DNA of 64,000 bases. Origin: an uncultured bacterium (GTDB lineage Bacteria > Chloroflexota > UBA5177 > JANWHV01). Every line of letters begins with the position of its first letter. The stretch's first letter is position 1. The translations under genes were made by a program, and so were the position numbers. Location: contig CAVSOU010000010.1 of the NCBI GenBank assembly GCA_963729625.1, positions 512,001 to 576,000 of the forward strand, written 5' to 3'. The notes under the pieces are model-generated. The model did not search any database and was not told the DNA's origin. It was given only the letters and a program-made list of their open reading frames with translations. Positions 1 through 11,456 of this stretch are shown piece by piece.

Positions 1-366
1 GAGTGGCACGAGGGGTATATTGAGGGCCTCAAGCACAGTCCTGAGGTGCTTCTCACGACCGTAGTAGAACTCGGTCACGCCGGGCCACGTGTTCAGCGCG
101 TGCGAATTCACCACATCACTACGGCGGAGCTCGAAGCTGCCCAGTGGGCCCATGGCAGCAAAGCTGCCAAATGCAGCCGGGTCGGCCTCCGTGTATTGGA
201 CCACCATATCGATAAGAGGCTGCGGAACAACAATGTATCCTTGATAGAGTCCCGCGAATCGCCCGTCCGCCGGAAGCGTTGCCGGGACAGCTTCGGCCTC
301 CACGAGGTCGCTTCCAAAGAGATCGCCGGTCAAGAAATCGCCGGCATCGAGTGACGTCTCGTCCAA
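1..366 (-). CDS. hypothetical protein, runs off the left edge (3' partial)
   Basis: Not in the ORF track because there is no stop in the window. TTG at 366 with GGAGG ~10 nt upstream opens MDETSLDAGDFLTGDLFGSDLVEAEAVP...EFYYGREKHLRTVLEALNIPLVPL, uninterrupted to base 1. Confidence 0.65.
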   Translation of the reverse strand, partial: MDETSLDAGDFLTGDLFGSDLVEAEAVPATLPADGRFAGLYQGYIVVPQPLIDMVVQYTEADPAAFGSFAAMGPLGSFELRRSDVVNSHALNTWPGVTEFYYGREKHLRTVLEALNIPLVPL

Positions 367-617
367 GTCCTACTGACCTCCGACAGGTTGACGCAACCGC
401 AAAGCACAGTGCGTGCGCCATCCGTCATGGTATCGGCTCGCGCCTCATGCTGCAACATGGCCGGCGATCTCGCTCCAGTCAAGGCAGGTCAGCAAGCAGC
501 GCATTCCGATATGCTTTAGTAGAGACAACGTTACGGGAGGTGGTAAACCTAAGAGCTGTCCGCTTATCTCTATCCCTGGCACGTGTATGCAGTCTGATAA
601 AGGAGAAGTCTTAGCGT

Positions 618-2225
<1,608 letters not shown>

Positions 2226-2256
2226 GACCAGGTCGTACCGGTTCATCTCCCAGCGT

Positions 2257-2296
2257 CCAACGCGCTGCCGTCTCGAATTGGACGGCAACGCGTTGG
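2257..2296 (+). terminator. stem-loop downstream of groEL
   Basis: CCAACGCGCTGCCGTC / GACGGCAACGCGTTGG, 16-bp arms with one mismatch, 8-nt loop; no U-tract. Confidence 0.5.
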
Positions 2297-2496
2297 GCCT
2301 CGGCCTCCTGGAAGAGATCGGGGGAGGTGAGCGGCGACGTCGACTCTGGCAAGTTGGTCGGTGCACCCGGCATTTGTTGACCTCGATTTGCGGTTTGCGG
2401 TGCCGCTTTAGCACTCGGTCTGCCGCCTCGTGCAGTCTGGTACCAGAGCCCGGTATAATGACACGGACGGAGTCTCGCCATGCGACCGGATGAACT

Positions 2497-2988
2497 GTGA
2501 AAAGCACGACTGACCGTGGCCGCCCCGCCATGATCCCCCGGATCATCCAGCTCAACGCCCTACTCTGGCCGGAAACGTACGACCAACCGTGGCTCAGCTG
2601 GATGGATCTGGACCTGACGATGCCGCAGTTTAAACTGCTTCTGTTGATCGCATCGCGGAAGGGGCTCACAGTCGGCGACCTGGCACAGCGACTTGGCGTG
2701 ACGCCGCCAACGGTCACGATCATGCTCGACCGGCTGGTAGAGCACGGTCTCGTTCGCCGCGAAGATGACCCGGTGGACCGGCGTCTTGTCATCGCCTGTA
2801 TGACAGCCAGCGGCCTCCAGCTCTTGCAGCGCCTAAACCTGCATGCCGACACCGAGATCGCGGAGTGCATGAGCGACCTCTCACCGGCGGATCTCCATTG
2901 CCTGCTTACGGGCCTGGAAGCCCTGCATCGCACGTGGGCCGCGCGCCAGGCCGCACGAGCCAACGGGAGCGATCCTGAAGCCTGTTGA
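2497..2988 (+). CDS. MarR family transcriptional regulator
   Basis: LTMPQFKLL...TVGDLAQRLGVTPPTVT..LDRLVEHGLVRREDDPVDRR winged helix; TATAAT at 2454-2459. Start may be ATG 2530. Confidence 0.92.
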   Translation: MKSTTDRGRPAMIPRIIQLNALLWPETYDQPWLSWMDLDLTMPQFKLLLLIASRKGLTVGDLAQRLGVTPPTVTIMLDRLVEHGLVRREDDPVDRRLVIACMTASGLQLLQRLNLHADTEIAECMSDLSPADLHCLLTGLEALHRTWAARQAARANGSDPEAC

Positions 2989-3134
2989 GCGGAGTCAGGC
3001 GGATACCTCGCGGTGCTGGAGCATTGGGTTCCGAATGGGGCGCGGGAAGCACCGAAGGTTAGCGTTGCGGGACGACCTTCCGAGCTGCCCGTGATTGCGG
3101 TGCGTGGTCCGCACCATCGGACCAGTGAATTGGA

Positions 3135-3797
3135 GTGCCTGTGAACGCTCTGATCGATCTCAGCCACGTCGTCGAAGCAGGACTGATTACCTATCCAGGT
3201 CTACCCGGGCCGATCGTCTGTGACTATCTGTCGCGCGATGCTTCGAGGGAGCACTATGCCGGCGACACGAGCTTTCAGATAGCGAAGATCGAGCTGATTG
3301 CAAACACCGGCACCTACGTCGATTCCCCGTTTCATCGCTTCGAGCGAGGCGCCGACCTCTCGCAGCTCAGTCTGATGGCTCTTGGCAACCTTGAGGGAGT
3401 CGTCGTCGACGCGCGAGAGACGGCGACCGTGGTCGACATTGGGCGGTTCAGGGATCTTAACGTTTCTGGAAAGGCCGTCCTCGTTCGCACCGGCTGGGAC
3501 CGGCACTGGGCCACCGAGCGGTACCTGAGCGGGCATCCGTATCTCTCGGGCGAAATCGCGGAACTACTGCGCGATGGTGGGGCGGCGCTCGTCGGCATTG
3601 ACTCCCTGAACATCGACGACACCGCCGACGGGTATAGGCCCGTGCACACGATACTGTTGGGCGCTGGAATACCCGTGGTCGAGCACCTGTGCAATCTGGG
3701 AGCGCTGCCAAACAGCGGATTCCGCTTCCATGCTGTTCCCGTCAAGTTCCGCGGGGTCGGCACATTTCCAGTCCGGGCCTATGCAGTCTTGGGCTGA
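3135..3797 (+). CDS. cyclase / kynurenine formamidase-like family protein
   Basis: IDLSH, NTGTYVDSPFH, VLVRTGW, LVGIDSL, VHTILL, VVEHL, FPVRAYA. Confidence 0.9.
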   Translation: MPVNALIDLSHVVEAGLITYPGLPGPIVCDYLSRDASREHYAGDTSFQIAKIELIANTGTYVDSPFHRFERGADLSQLSLMALGNLEGVVVDARETATVVDIGRFRDLNVSGKAVLVRTGWDRHWATERYLSGHPYLSGEIAELLRDGGAALVGIDSLNIDDTADGYRPVHTILLGAGIPVVEHLCNLGALPNSGFRFHAVPVKFRGVGTFPVRAYAVLG

Positions 3798-3809
3798 CGT
3801 CGAGCTGGT

Positions 3810-4370
3810 TCAAGCCTTCCACTCACGTTCCTGCACGCCCGCAAGCCTGTTAACTGTTCTGGCGAGCACGAACATGAGGTCCGAAAGCCGATTCAGATAC
3901 CGCAGGATTTCTGGACTTACGGGCTGCTGCGAGCTTAACGATACGACGCGGCGCTCGGCTCGTCGAGCAATTGTCCTCGCTCTGTGAAGGGCGGATGCTG
4001 CTTGAGTTCCGCCCGGTAGAATGAACGACTTGAGAGGTGGCAACTGCGCCTCGTAGCTGTCGATCGCGCGCTCGAGTGCGTCGACGTGCGGCACGCCGAC
4101 CTTGTGCAGGCGCCGCGCTAACTCGGTGCCTTCACGCTCTACCGGTGTCGCCAGTTCTGCGCCAATGTCAAACAATTCCGCCTGGATGACAGCCAGGAGG
4201 CCCGCCACGTCAGCCGCGCTGTGCTCAAGGAGTCCATGTGCGGCGCCAAGGGCGGCGTTGAGCTCATCTATCGAGCCGTACGCTTCAACTCGGAGGTCGT
4301 CCTTCCTCACCCTGGATCCGCCATACAGGCCCGTTTCGCCAAGATCTCCCGTGCGGGTGTAGATTTTCAA
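3810..4370 (-). CDS. ATP:cob(I)alamin adenosyltransferase (PduO-type)
   Basis: TTG start KIYTRTGDLGETGL; RVEAYGSIDELN, FILPGG, RRAER, YLNRLSD. Confidence 0.95.
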   Translation of the reverse strand: MKIYTRTGDLGETGLYGGSRVRKDDLRVEAYGSIDELNAALGAAHGLLEHSAADVAGLLAVIQAELFDIGAELATPVEREGTELARRLHKVGVPHVDALERAIDSYEAQLPPLKSFILPGGTQAASALHRARTIARRAERRVVSLSSQQPVSPEILRYLNRLSDLMFVLARTVNRLAGVQEREWKA

Positions 4371-4631
4371 CTCGTTACCCTCTAGTTTGAAGCGGTCCCG
4401 ACACCTTAAGATAGCACCAGCATGATTCGTTACGCGCCTTATCGACGCCGCCGGACAGGATCGCTCGTTGTCCGCGGAAGAAGACCGGCAGGGCTTGTCG
4501 GCTTCCCGCACTGCAAGAGCTCGAGTCCTCGCGTGCCGAGACCTCCGACTTGCTGCGAACACTCGCACGCAAGAATGTCGTTCGGCGGCTCCGCTGACCG
4601 ATTGGCGCATACACACTAGATGGGTTGTCAC

Positions 4632-6143
4632 ATGCCTCGGAGTGTACGCCGACCGGCCCTCGTGCAGACAGGGTCGTGGGCCTATGCCACGACCGCGGTT
4701 GCTATGCTTGGGCTTGCACTCATAGTCACTGCCGCGTATCTTGACCGTGCTCGGGATCCACTGCTGGCATCCGCAATGCCGAGCGCTCCCGTGCGGGCCG
4801 TCGTTGCGCTACCTTCAGGTGCCGGTCTTCCCAACGGTAGCTGGGCAAATACCGGCGACTTGCGGCTCCGCGTGACCATCGCTGGCAATGCCGATGACCG
4901 GACGGTCGTGCCTGAGTTTGAGATCCTCCCGGCGAACATTCGGTTTACGGGCGTGGCGAACGCGGCCGGCACGCTATCCACACTCCGCGCCGATGGATTG
5001 TCCGTCGTGTCGTTCCCTGTTTCCGGACTGCTCAACGATAGGCAGTATCATTGGCGCGTGCGAACGCGTAGCCTCGACGGCAGTACCAGCAAGTGGGTGG
5101 GAGGCGGATTCTTCGGCATCAGTGTCACTCCTCCCACGAGTCCGGAACTGGCCAGTGCGAACGCACCGGCCGGAGCCACTACCAACCTTCCTACCATTTC
5201 CCTCCACTGGAATCCGTCGATCGACCGTACTGGGATCGCCTACTACCAGTGGGCCAACAGTCTTGATCCGCAGGCAGTGCCGACGTGGCACAGCACGCGC
5301 GCCAGGGAGCTTCACCTGCACACCCTTGGAGACGGGACGTGGTACATCAGCATACGCGCCGTTAATCGCGCCGGCGTGGTGTCGGACCCGTTGCGGTTCT
5401 CGGTGCGCATCGATCGCAGTGCCCCTGAGCTCGAAGGACTGTTTGCTTCTACGTACGATCTCTCCGTCGGCGCCGCGCCCGCGCACGTGCAATTCTCGCT
5501 CTCCCGCGCGGGGTCCGCCACACTAGAAATCATGCGAGCCAACGGTTCACCGCTTTCAGAACATGTCGCACTGGGCACGCTGTCCCCCGGCACACATGAC
5601 GTTGCATGGGATGGCAGGGATGCAGTCGGCGGATTTCTGCCCTCCGGGACCTATAAGATTTCGATCGCGGTGCGGGACGCCCTCGGCAATTCTGCCAGGC
5701 ACGAACTGCCTGGCTTGTTCACGCTTGATACGCGGCGCGTTGTCGTGTCGCTGACCAAGCAGGACATGGCGGTATATGACGGTTCGAAGTTGCTCGTGCA
5801 TACGCTGATAACCTCCGGCGGGCCGGAAACGCAAACGCCCGTCGGAGCATTTCACGTGATAGCGAAGTACTCGCCCTACGTGATGCGGTCTCCGTGGCCA
5901 AAGTCGTCGCGACTCTGGTATCCGACGTCAACTGTCAGCTACGCTATCCTGTTCAGAGCGGGGGGCTTCTTCTTGCACGATGCCCCCTGGCGAACGCTGT
6001 ACGGTCCAGGCTCCAACGCTGTCGACGGCATACCCGGAGGAAGCACAACAGGAACTCACGGATGTGTGAACGTGCCCTTGGGCGTGGAGGAGTGGCTATA
6101 CCAGTGGGTCCACGTAGGAACAACGGTGCAGATTCGCCCGTAG
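4632..6143 (+). CDS. membrane-anchored L,D-transpeptidase (YkuD) with FN3-like and FlgD-like Ig domains
   Basis: N-terminal TM; YHWRVR and WYISIRAVN beta domains; AWDGRD..G..LPSGTY (FlgD-like); TPVGAF, LHDAPW...THGCVN catalytic His/Cys. Confidence 0.88.
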   Translation: MPRSVRRPALVQTGSWAYATTAVAMLGLALIVTAAYLDRARDPLLASAMPSAPVRAVVALPSGAGLPNGSWANTGDLRLRVTIAGNADDRTVVPEFEILPANIRFTGVANAAGTLSTLRADGLSVVSFPVSGLLNDRQYHWRVRTRSLDGSTSKWVGGGFFGISVTPPTSPELASANAPAGATTNLPTISLHWNPSIDRTGIAYYQWANSLDPQAVPTWHSTRARELHLHTLGDGTWYISIRAVNRAGVVSDPLRFSVRIDRSAPELEGLFASTYDLSVGAAPAHVQFSLSRAGSATLEIMRANGSPLSEHVALGTLSPGTHDVAWDGRDAVGGFLPSGTYKISIAVRDALGNSARHELPGLFTLDTRRVVVSLTKQDMAVYDGSKLLVHTLITSGGPETQTPVGAFHVIAKYSPYVMRSPWPKSSRLWYPTSTVSYAILFRAGGFFLHDAPWRTLYGPGSNAVDGIPGGSTTGTHGCVNVPLGVEEWLYQWVHVGTTVQIRP

Positions 6144-6266
6144 TGTTCGCCGGTTTTGACTCATAGATATTGAGGTCGGTACACTTGCGATCGTGACCGA
6201 AGAGCGGAGAGCCTCCAGCCTGGCATGTTCGCGGCCAATCCTTCGAAATCCGTGTGCCGACCGCAC

Positions 6267-6944
6267 ATGAAAGTTTCGATCATAGTTCCAGTCTTCAACG
6301 AAGCCGCGACAATCCGTATGGTGCTCGAGCGGGTGCGCATGTCGCCCATTGAGAAGGAGATCGTTGTCGTAGACGACGGTTCTACCGATGGCAGTCGCGA
6401 AATCCTTGCGCAGGAAGCGGATCAAGATACACGCGTCTTCATGCATGCGAAGAACCAGGGGAAGGGCGCGGCGATCCGCACGGGCTTGCGCCATGCAAAT
6501 GGAGACTACGTGCTGATCCAAGACGCCGATTTGGAGTACGATCCTGCTGATTATGAAGTGCTGCTGAAGCCGATCATGCGAGGTAAAGCGACCGTCGTGT
6601 ACGGCTCGCGCTTTCTTGGCGAGCATAAGGCCATGCTCTTCTGGCATAGCGTGGGGAACCGAATGCTTACGCTGATCACCAATGTGTTGTACGACACAAC
6701 GCTTACCGACATGGAAACGTGCTACAAACTCATACCCGCCGATCTGATTCGCTCAATGCACCTCCGTGCGCGCCGATTCGACTTCGAGCCGGAGATTACC
6801 GCAAAGATCCTGCGAAGCGGCCATCGCATTTATGAGGTTCCAATTTCCTACGCGGGCCGAGAGCTGAACGAAGGAAAAAAGATTACTTGGCGCGACGGCT
6901 TCCCGGCCTTGATCGCGCTCATAAAGTATCGCTTCGTGGACTAA
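6267..6944 (+). CDS. GT2 glycosyltransferase, polyprenyl-phosphate sugar synthase (DPM1-like)
   Basis: SIIVPVFNE, VVDDGSTDGS, NQGKGAA, QDADLEYDP, TDMETCYK, FEPEITAK. Confidence 0.93.
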   Translation: MKVSIIVPVFNEAATIRMVLERVRMSPIEKEIVVVDDGSTDGSREILAQEADQDTRVFMHAKNQGKGAAIRTGLRHANGDYVLIQDADLEYDPADYEVLLKPIMRGKATVVYGSRFLGEHKAMLFWHSVGNRMLTLITNVLYDTTLTDMETCYKLIPADLIRSMHLRARRFDFEPEITAKILRSGHRIYEVPISYAGRELNEGKKITWRDGFPALIALIKYRFVD

Positions 6945-6948
6945 ACCT

Positions 6949-8199
6949 ATGCAACAGCTTTCAACGCCGCACAGTCTGGTCGGCGTTATTGGCGATCATC
7001 GCTCCGTCGGTGCGACGATTACCGTGATGGCACAACGCGCAGGCTGCGCCACGAGGCGAGTCCTCCTGAGCGATCTCTTCAGCATCTTCCTGGCCACCAG
7101 GCTGGGCTTCGTGCTGTTGACCTACTTTGGTCGCGCGCTCTTCCACGACCCTGCCCTGGTAGGCGCCGAACGCACGGGATTCTCGGGCTACCTCCTCGAC
7201 AACTGGTTCTACCGAGATAGCCAGTGGTTCAGCGAGATTGTCACGCAGGGTTATCACTACTACGGCGCCGGCGTACGCTCGAGCGTGGCCTTCTTTCCGG
7301 TGTATCCGGTGTTGATTCGAGCCTTGACCGGCCTCACGCATATCGACGTCGACCTGGGCGCTCTAGCTGTCTCTAACGCCGCATTTCTTGGCGCGCTCAT
7401 CTACATGCAGAAACTCTGCAGCCGCGAGTTCGGGGAAGAGGCCGCGAAGCGCTCGGTACTGTACGTAGCGGTCTTCCCCACGGCATTCTTTTCTTTCGCG
7501 CCGTACTCCGAATCGACCTTCATGCTGTTCTCGATAGCCTCCTTGTACTATATGCGTTCGGAGCGCTGGTGGTTGGCCGGACTGTGCGGCGGAGTCGCTG
7601 CTGGAACACGCATTCTCGGCATCCTACTCTGCATACCATTTGCTGTTGAATACGCGCGATCCTCCCGTCTCGATCTGCGCCGTTTGCGCCCGACTGCGCT
7701 TGGCGTACTGATCATTCCCAGCGGGCTCTGGGCATACATGCTGTACCTCTACGGGTTGACCGGCGACCCTATGTCCTTTGTTCGGGCCGCAGAAGGATGG
7801 GACCGCGGCACCGTCTGGCCCTGGCGGGTACTGGCAACGAGCTTGAGCGACATACCAAAGGCTGCCGCGTCTCATCCCTACTTTCAGGCGCACGCCATCA
7901 TCGAGAATGTGCTGTTGCTCACATGCATCGGTCTTTTGATCGTCGGTTCGCGCCTGATCCCGCTATCGTTCACGCTGTACGGCCTGGCGTGTATCGGCCT
8001 ACTGCTGAGCGCTCCTGTGGTGACCAGCGATATACCGATCACATCAATGTCGCGATATCTCTTTGTCGTCACGCCGGTTTTCGTCGTGCTGGCTCGGCTT
8101 GGCCGGTGGCCGATCTTTGACCGGCTGTACGTGATGACTTCGATCGGCAGCTTGGCGCTGTTTGCCACACTCTTCCTCAACCACATGTGGGGCGCTTAG
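6949..8199 (+). CDS. GT-C membrane mannosyltransferase-like protein (PIG-V / Mannosyl_trans2-like)
   Basis: Multi-TM; DSQWFSEIVTQGY, AFFPVYP, FPTAFFSFAPYSES, SMSRY; starts 4 nt after the GT2 stop. Confidence 0.85.
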   Translation: MQQLSTPHSLVGVIGDHRSVGATITVMAQRAGCATRRVLLSDLFSIFLATRLGFVLLTYFGRALFHDPALVGAERTGFSGYLLDNWFYRDSQWFSEIVTQGYHYYGAGVRSSVAFFPVYPVLIRALTGLTHIDVDLGALAVSNAAFLGALIYMQKLCSREFGEEAAKRSVLYVAVFPTAFFSFAPYSESTFMLFSIASLYYMRSERWWLAGLCGGVAAGTRILGILLCIPFAVEYARSSRLDLRRLRPTALGVLIIPSGLWAYMLYLYGLTGDPMSFVRAAEGWDRGTVWPWRVLATSLSDIPKAAASHPYFQAHAIIENVLLLTCIGLLIVGSRLIPLSFTLYGLACIGLLLSAPVVTSDIPITSMSRYLFVVTPVFVVLARLGRWPIFDRLYVMTSIGSLALFATLFLNHMWGA

Positions 8200-8285
8200 G
8201 CTGAATGGGGCCCCCGACTTTGCTGCGTGCCCCTGAAGTGATGCGGTAAGGCCGTTGCGCGCATATCCCGGCAATGGAAGGTCGT

Positions 8286-9068
8286 TCAATCCGGGCTATT
8301 ATCGGTCTGTTCCCCCGCGGACTCGACGACGGTAGCGCGCGCCTGCGGGACAGTTGACCAATCCCCCGGCGCCGGAAGCGGATCGAACAGCTGATAAACC
8401 TGCAGCATGGCCAGCAGGTAGACAAGTCCTATCATCTGACCTGCCGCCACATCGCTGGCCCAGTGATGGCCAAGATAGATGCGGGACGGTCCGACAAGAA
8501 TCATCAGCGTGGCGCAATGCGCCAGCACATATGACCTGAGCGGTCCGCGCGGTAGATACCTGCTCGCAAGGAAGAAGACATAGCCGTAGAAGACCGAGAA
8601 ATGGGTCGCGTGCCCGCTGGGGAAGCTATTGTCCCTGAGCAATCGATGATGAAGCCGGAATGCGAGGTCTGGCCTCGGACGTTTGATCAGCAGCTTGACG
8701 ATGCCAGTACTGAAGCCGGCCCCCATCGTGCCGATGGAGAAGATGGCCTCGCGCCTGTACCCAAGTGCCCAGCAGTTTGCAGCGAGTGCAACTACGACAC
8801 TGTGAGTGAAAGGCGCGTAGCCTGGAGCGCTGACAATCCGCAGCATCTTGCCGCCGCCACGCGGAACATGCCGCTGAAACAGACGGGTTATGGCAATGTC
8901 GATCCGATTGGGTTCGGGACGACTGGCCATAACGACAAGACCCAGAAACGCGCTCGCCCCAACTCCGAGCGCGATCTTGGTCCGAAGCGGAATCGCTGCC
9001 AGTATCGGCACATCGGCGTTCGGATTGTACGTACAGGGCACGCGCTCGGAATGCGAGGATGAAACCAT
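8286..9068 (-). CDS. PAP2 family membrane phosphatase
   Basis: Intact KLLIKRPRP, FPSGH and SRIYLGHHWASD motifs; start chosen at ATG 9068. Confidence 0.9.
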   Translation of the reverse strand: MVSSSHSERVPCTYNPNADVPILAAIPLRTKIALGVGASAFLGLVVMASRPEPNRIDIAITRLFQRHVPRGGGKMLRIVSAPGYAPFTHSVVVALAANCWALGYRREAIFSIGTMGAGFSTGIVKLLIKRPRPDLAFRLHHRLLRDNSFPSGHATHFSVFYGYVFFLASRYLPRGPLRSYVLAHCATLMILVGPSRIYLGHHWASDVAAGQMIGLVYLLAMLQVYQLFDPLPAPGDWSTVPQARATVVESAGEQTDNSPD

Positions 9069-9191
9069 TCCTCCAGTGTAGCAAAGCGACCGGTGCATCA
9101 TGGCGTGACTCGACCCCGTGCGCGCGGCGACACGAGTAGCTGCGACCGAATCCTTGCTCAATTCATCGACCACGGGTACATTGGTGGAACA

Positions 9192-9467
9192 ATGAGTCGA
9201 GATTTTCGCCAGGCGACAAGAGCTCGCAGAAACCCTCCGGCCGCTGCCGCGCGCGACTTCGGCGCGCTGGCTATGCCGCTATCTCTCTTCATTCTCACGT
9301 GGATCGTGTGTGCTGCAATTGCGGCGCTTAGCTGGGACAACCTGATTGGAAATACTCCCGGCGCGATTGACTTCGGCGTCACCGCGCGCCTCGTCCTTGC
9401 CGTCAGCTTTGGGCTCCCCGGTGCCGCGCTTGTGAGCTTGGCCTGTGGTGTGGTGCGCGAACGGTAA
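9192..9467 (+). CDS. small membrane protein, two TM helices
   Basis: MSRDFRQ... with two hydrophobic segments; fills the gap between PAP2 and the helicase. Confidence 0.55.
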   Translation: MSRDFRQATRARRNPPAAAARDFGALAMPLSLFILTWIVCAAIAALSWDNLIGNTPGAIDFGVTARLVLAVSFGLPGAALVSLACGVVRER

Positions 9468-9667
9468 TCGAGGCAAGCGACCAGTCTCTTGCTCCCCCTG
9501 CGCCAGACACGTTGTGATGACACGTATGAGATCTCGCACACCTGCAGTACTGTAGGCACGCGACGCCGGTCTCGTGGCGCGCCGCGTGCGCCCAGAAGCT
9601 TCGCGCCTTTTCCTCTGTGGCACTGAGAGCGCGGCGAACGCCCAGCCGGCAGGCACTCGGGGCCGGT

Positions 9668-11278
9668 TCAGCGCGGTCGCGCCACCTCAGCCCGCACGGG
9701 ATGTCCGCGGAGAGCTGCGCGGTTAAGGGCATCGACCACTCGTCGCGCCACGTCCTGCGGCACCTCGACAAATGTGTAGGTGTCGTACAGGTCAATGGCG
9801 CCAATGGTGCGGCCCGGGATACCGGCCTCTCCTGCGATCGCCCCCACGATGTCGGCAGGCCGCACGCCCTCATTGCGTCCCACGTTCAGGAATAGCCGAC
9901 TCATGCCTGGTTCTGTGACATCGGAGCCGGGATCTACCGGCCCTTTCTTCAGTTCGGCGCGTCGATCGAAGCCCGCAAGTTGCTTCAGAGCGGCAGCGGC
10001 AATATCCATCGCATCGTAGTCTTCACAAAGGGTCTCAGCGGCATCGCGATAGGCTTCGAGTCCACCTTCGTCGAGGGCGGTACGCACTTGCTCGATGAGC
10101 ATGGCGCGGCGCCGCGCTTCGACATCCGATTGGGTGGGTAGCCGGCCGGCGCGAATGCGCTTCCCGATAAGGTGCTCGATCAGCTTGAGTTGGCGATACT
10201 CGCGCGGCGAAATGAGCGTGATCGCGGAGCCCTCGCGCCCGGCCCGCCCAGTCCGGCCGATGCGATGTACGTACGATTCGGGATCCCATGGAATGTGGTA
10301 GTTGACCACATGGCTCACTTGTGGAATGTCGAGACCGCGCGCGGCGACATCCGTGGCGACCAGTATCTCTGTCTTGCTATCGCGAAACGCGCGCATTACG
10401 CGGTCACGTTGAACTTGGTTCAAATCGCCGTGAATGGCTTCAGCCTTGTAGCCGCGACCCTGCAGACTCTCTACCAGCTCGTCGACATCGCTCTTGCGAG
10501 CACAAAAGATGATGGCCGAGGCGGGAGTCTCCACATCGAGGATACGGCACAGGGCGTCGAGCTTCGCGCGCTGTGGCACCTCAAAATACGTCTGATTGAT
10601 CAGCGGCACCGTCAACGTCTCCCGCTCGACGGCGATATTCACAGCACGGCGAAGGTAGCGACGGGAAAGGTCCCGAATGCGCGGAGGAATGGTAGCGGAG
10701 AACAGTGCAGTTTGGCGCTCGGAAGGAAGCTGCTCGAGGATAAACTCGATATCTTCGAGAAATCCCATATTCAGCATCTCGTCGGCTTCGTCGAGAATAA
10801 GGATCTTCACCGCGTCGAGACGGAGTGTCTCGCGCCGGATATGGTCCATGATCCGCCCAGGAGTGCCGACAACAATGTGCGCGCCCAACTCGAGGCCACG
10901 AAGCTGGCGAACGATTGGCTGACCACCGTAGATTGGCAGCACGGTAACCTGCCTGCACCGGCCGAGCAGATGCGTCGCCTGGGCGACTTGAATGGCGAGC
11001 TCCCGCGTCGGCAGCAAGATAAGGGCCTGGACAGTGTTGGTCGACGTATCGATCATCTGCACTATAGGAAGTGCGAATGCAGCCGTCTTGCCGGTTCCCG
11101 TCTGCGCTTGGGCAACCACATCCTGGCCTTTGAGCATTGCCGGGATGGTGCGCGCCTGTATTGGCGTCGGCTCCTCAAAGCCAACCTCAGAGACGGCCAG
11201 CAGGATATCCTCTTGGAGACCCAGCTGCTCAAACGAACTGCGTTCAGGCTGCACCTCTTGTGCTTGTTCAACGGTCAT
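9668..11278 (-). CDS. deaD: DEAD-box RNA helicase (DeaD/CsdA-like) with DbpA RNA-binding domain
   Basis: Q motif, AQTGTGKT, PTRELA, DEAD, SAT, ARGLD, HRIGRTGRAG; C-terminal RLFLNVGR...IVGAIAGEAGI. Confidence 0.93.
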   Translation of the reverse strand: MTVEQAQEVQPERSSFEQLGLQEDILLAVSEVGFEEPTPIQARTIPAMLKGQDVVAQAQTGTGKTAAFALPIVQMIDTSTNTVQALILLPTRELAIQVAQATHLLGRCRQVTVLPIYGGQPIVRQLRGLELGAHIVVGTPGRIMDHIRRETLRLDAVKILILDEADEMLNMGFLEDIEFILEQLPSERQTALFSATIPPRIRDLSRRYLRRAVNIAVERETLTVPLINQTYFEVPQRAKLDALCRILDVETPASAIIFCARKSDVDELVESLQGRGYKAEAIHGDLNQVQRDRVMRAFRDSKTEILVATDVAARGLDIPQVSHVVNYHIPWDPESYVHRIGRTGRAGREGSAITLISPREYRQLKLIEHLIGKRIRAGRLPTQSDVEARRRAMLIEQVRTALDEGGLEAYRDAAETLCEDYDAMDIAAAALKQLAGFDRRAELKKGPVDPGSDVTEPGMSRLFLNVGRNEGVRPADIVGAIAGEAGIPGRTIGAIDLYDTYTFVEVPQDVARRVVDALNRAALRGHPVRAEVARPR

Positions 11279-11456
11279 GCGGCGAAAGGTTCCTTCGAGG
11301 CTTCGCGGCCATATTGCGCCGCGCACAGCCAACTATCATGCAATCAATACTGAATGATAGTACCAGAAACACCCTTCCCGCTGCTGTTCGCTGCCGTCAC
11401 TGGCCACTGGACTGATGCCACGGCGACCCGGATGGAGATCCCAATATCGCTTGTCC

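Noticed and set aside
46-354. 102-aa plus-strand ORF
   Set aside because: The opposite strand has an RBS-led open frame with more protein-like composition.
577-591. Sigma54-like TGGCAC..TGC before groEL
   Set aside because: GG-GC spacing is 9 nt rather than the required 10.
2408-2434. CIRCE-like TTAGCACTC after groEL
   Set aside because: Only the left half-site matches (the right side reads CCTCGTGCA), and it is downstream of groEL.
4371-4631. Cobalamin riboswitch upstream of the adenosyltransferase
   Set aside because: No B12-box elements in the expected order (GCCACTG...GGGAAG...AGYCRG).
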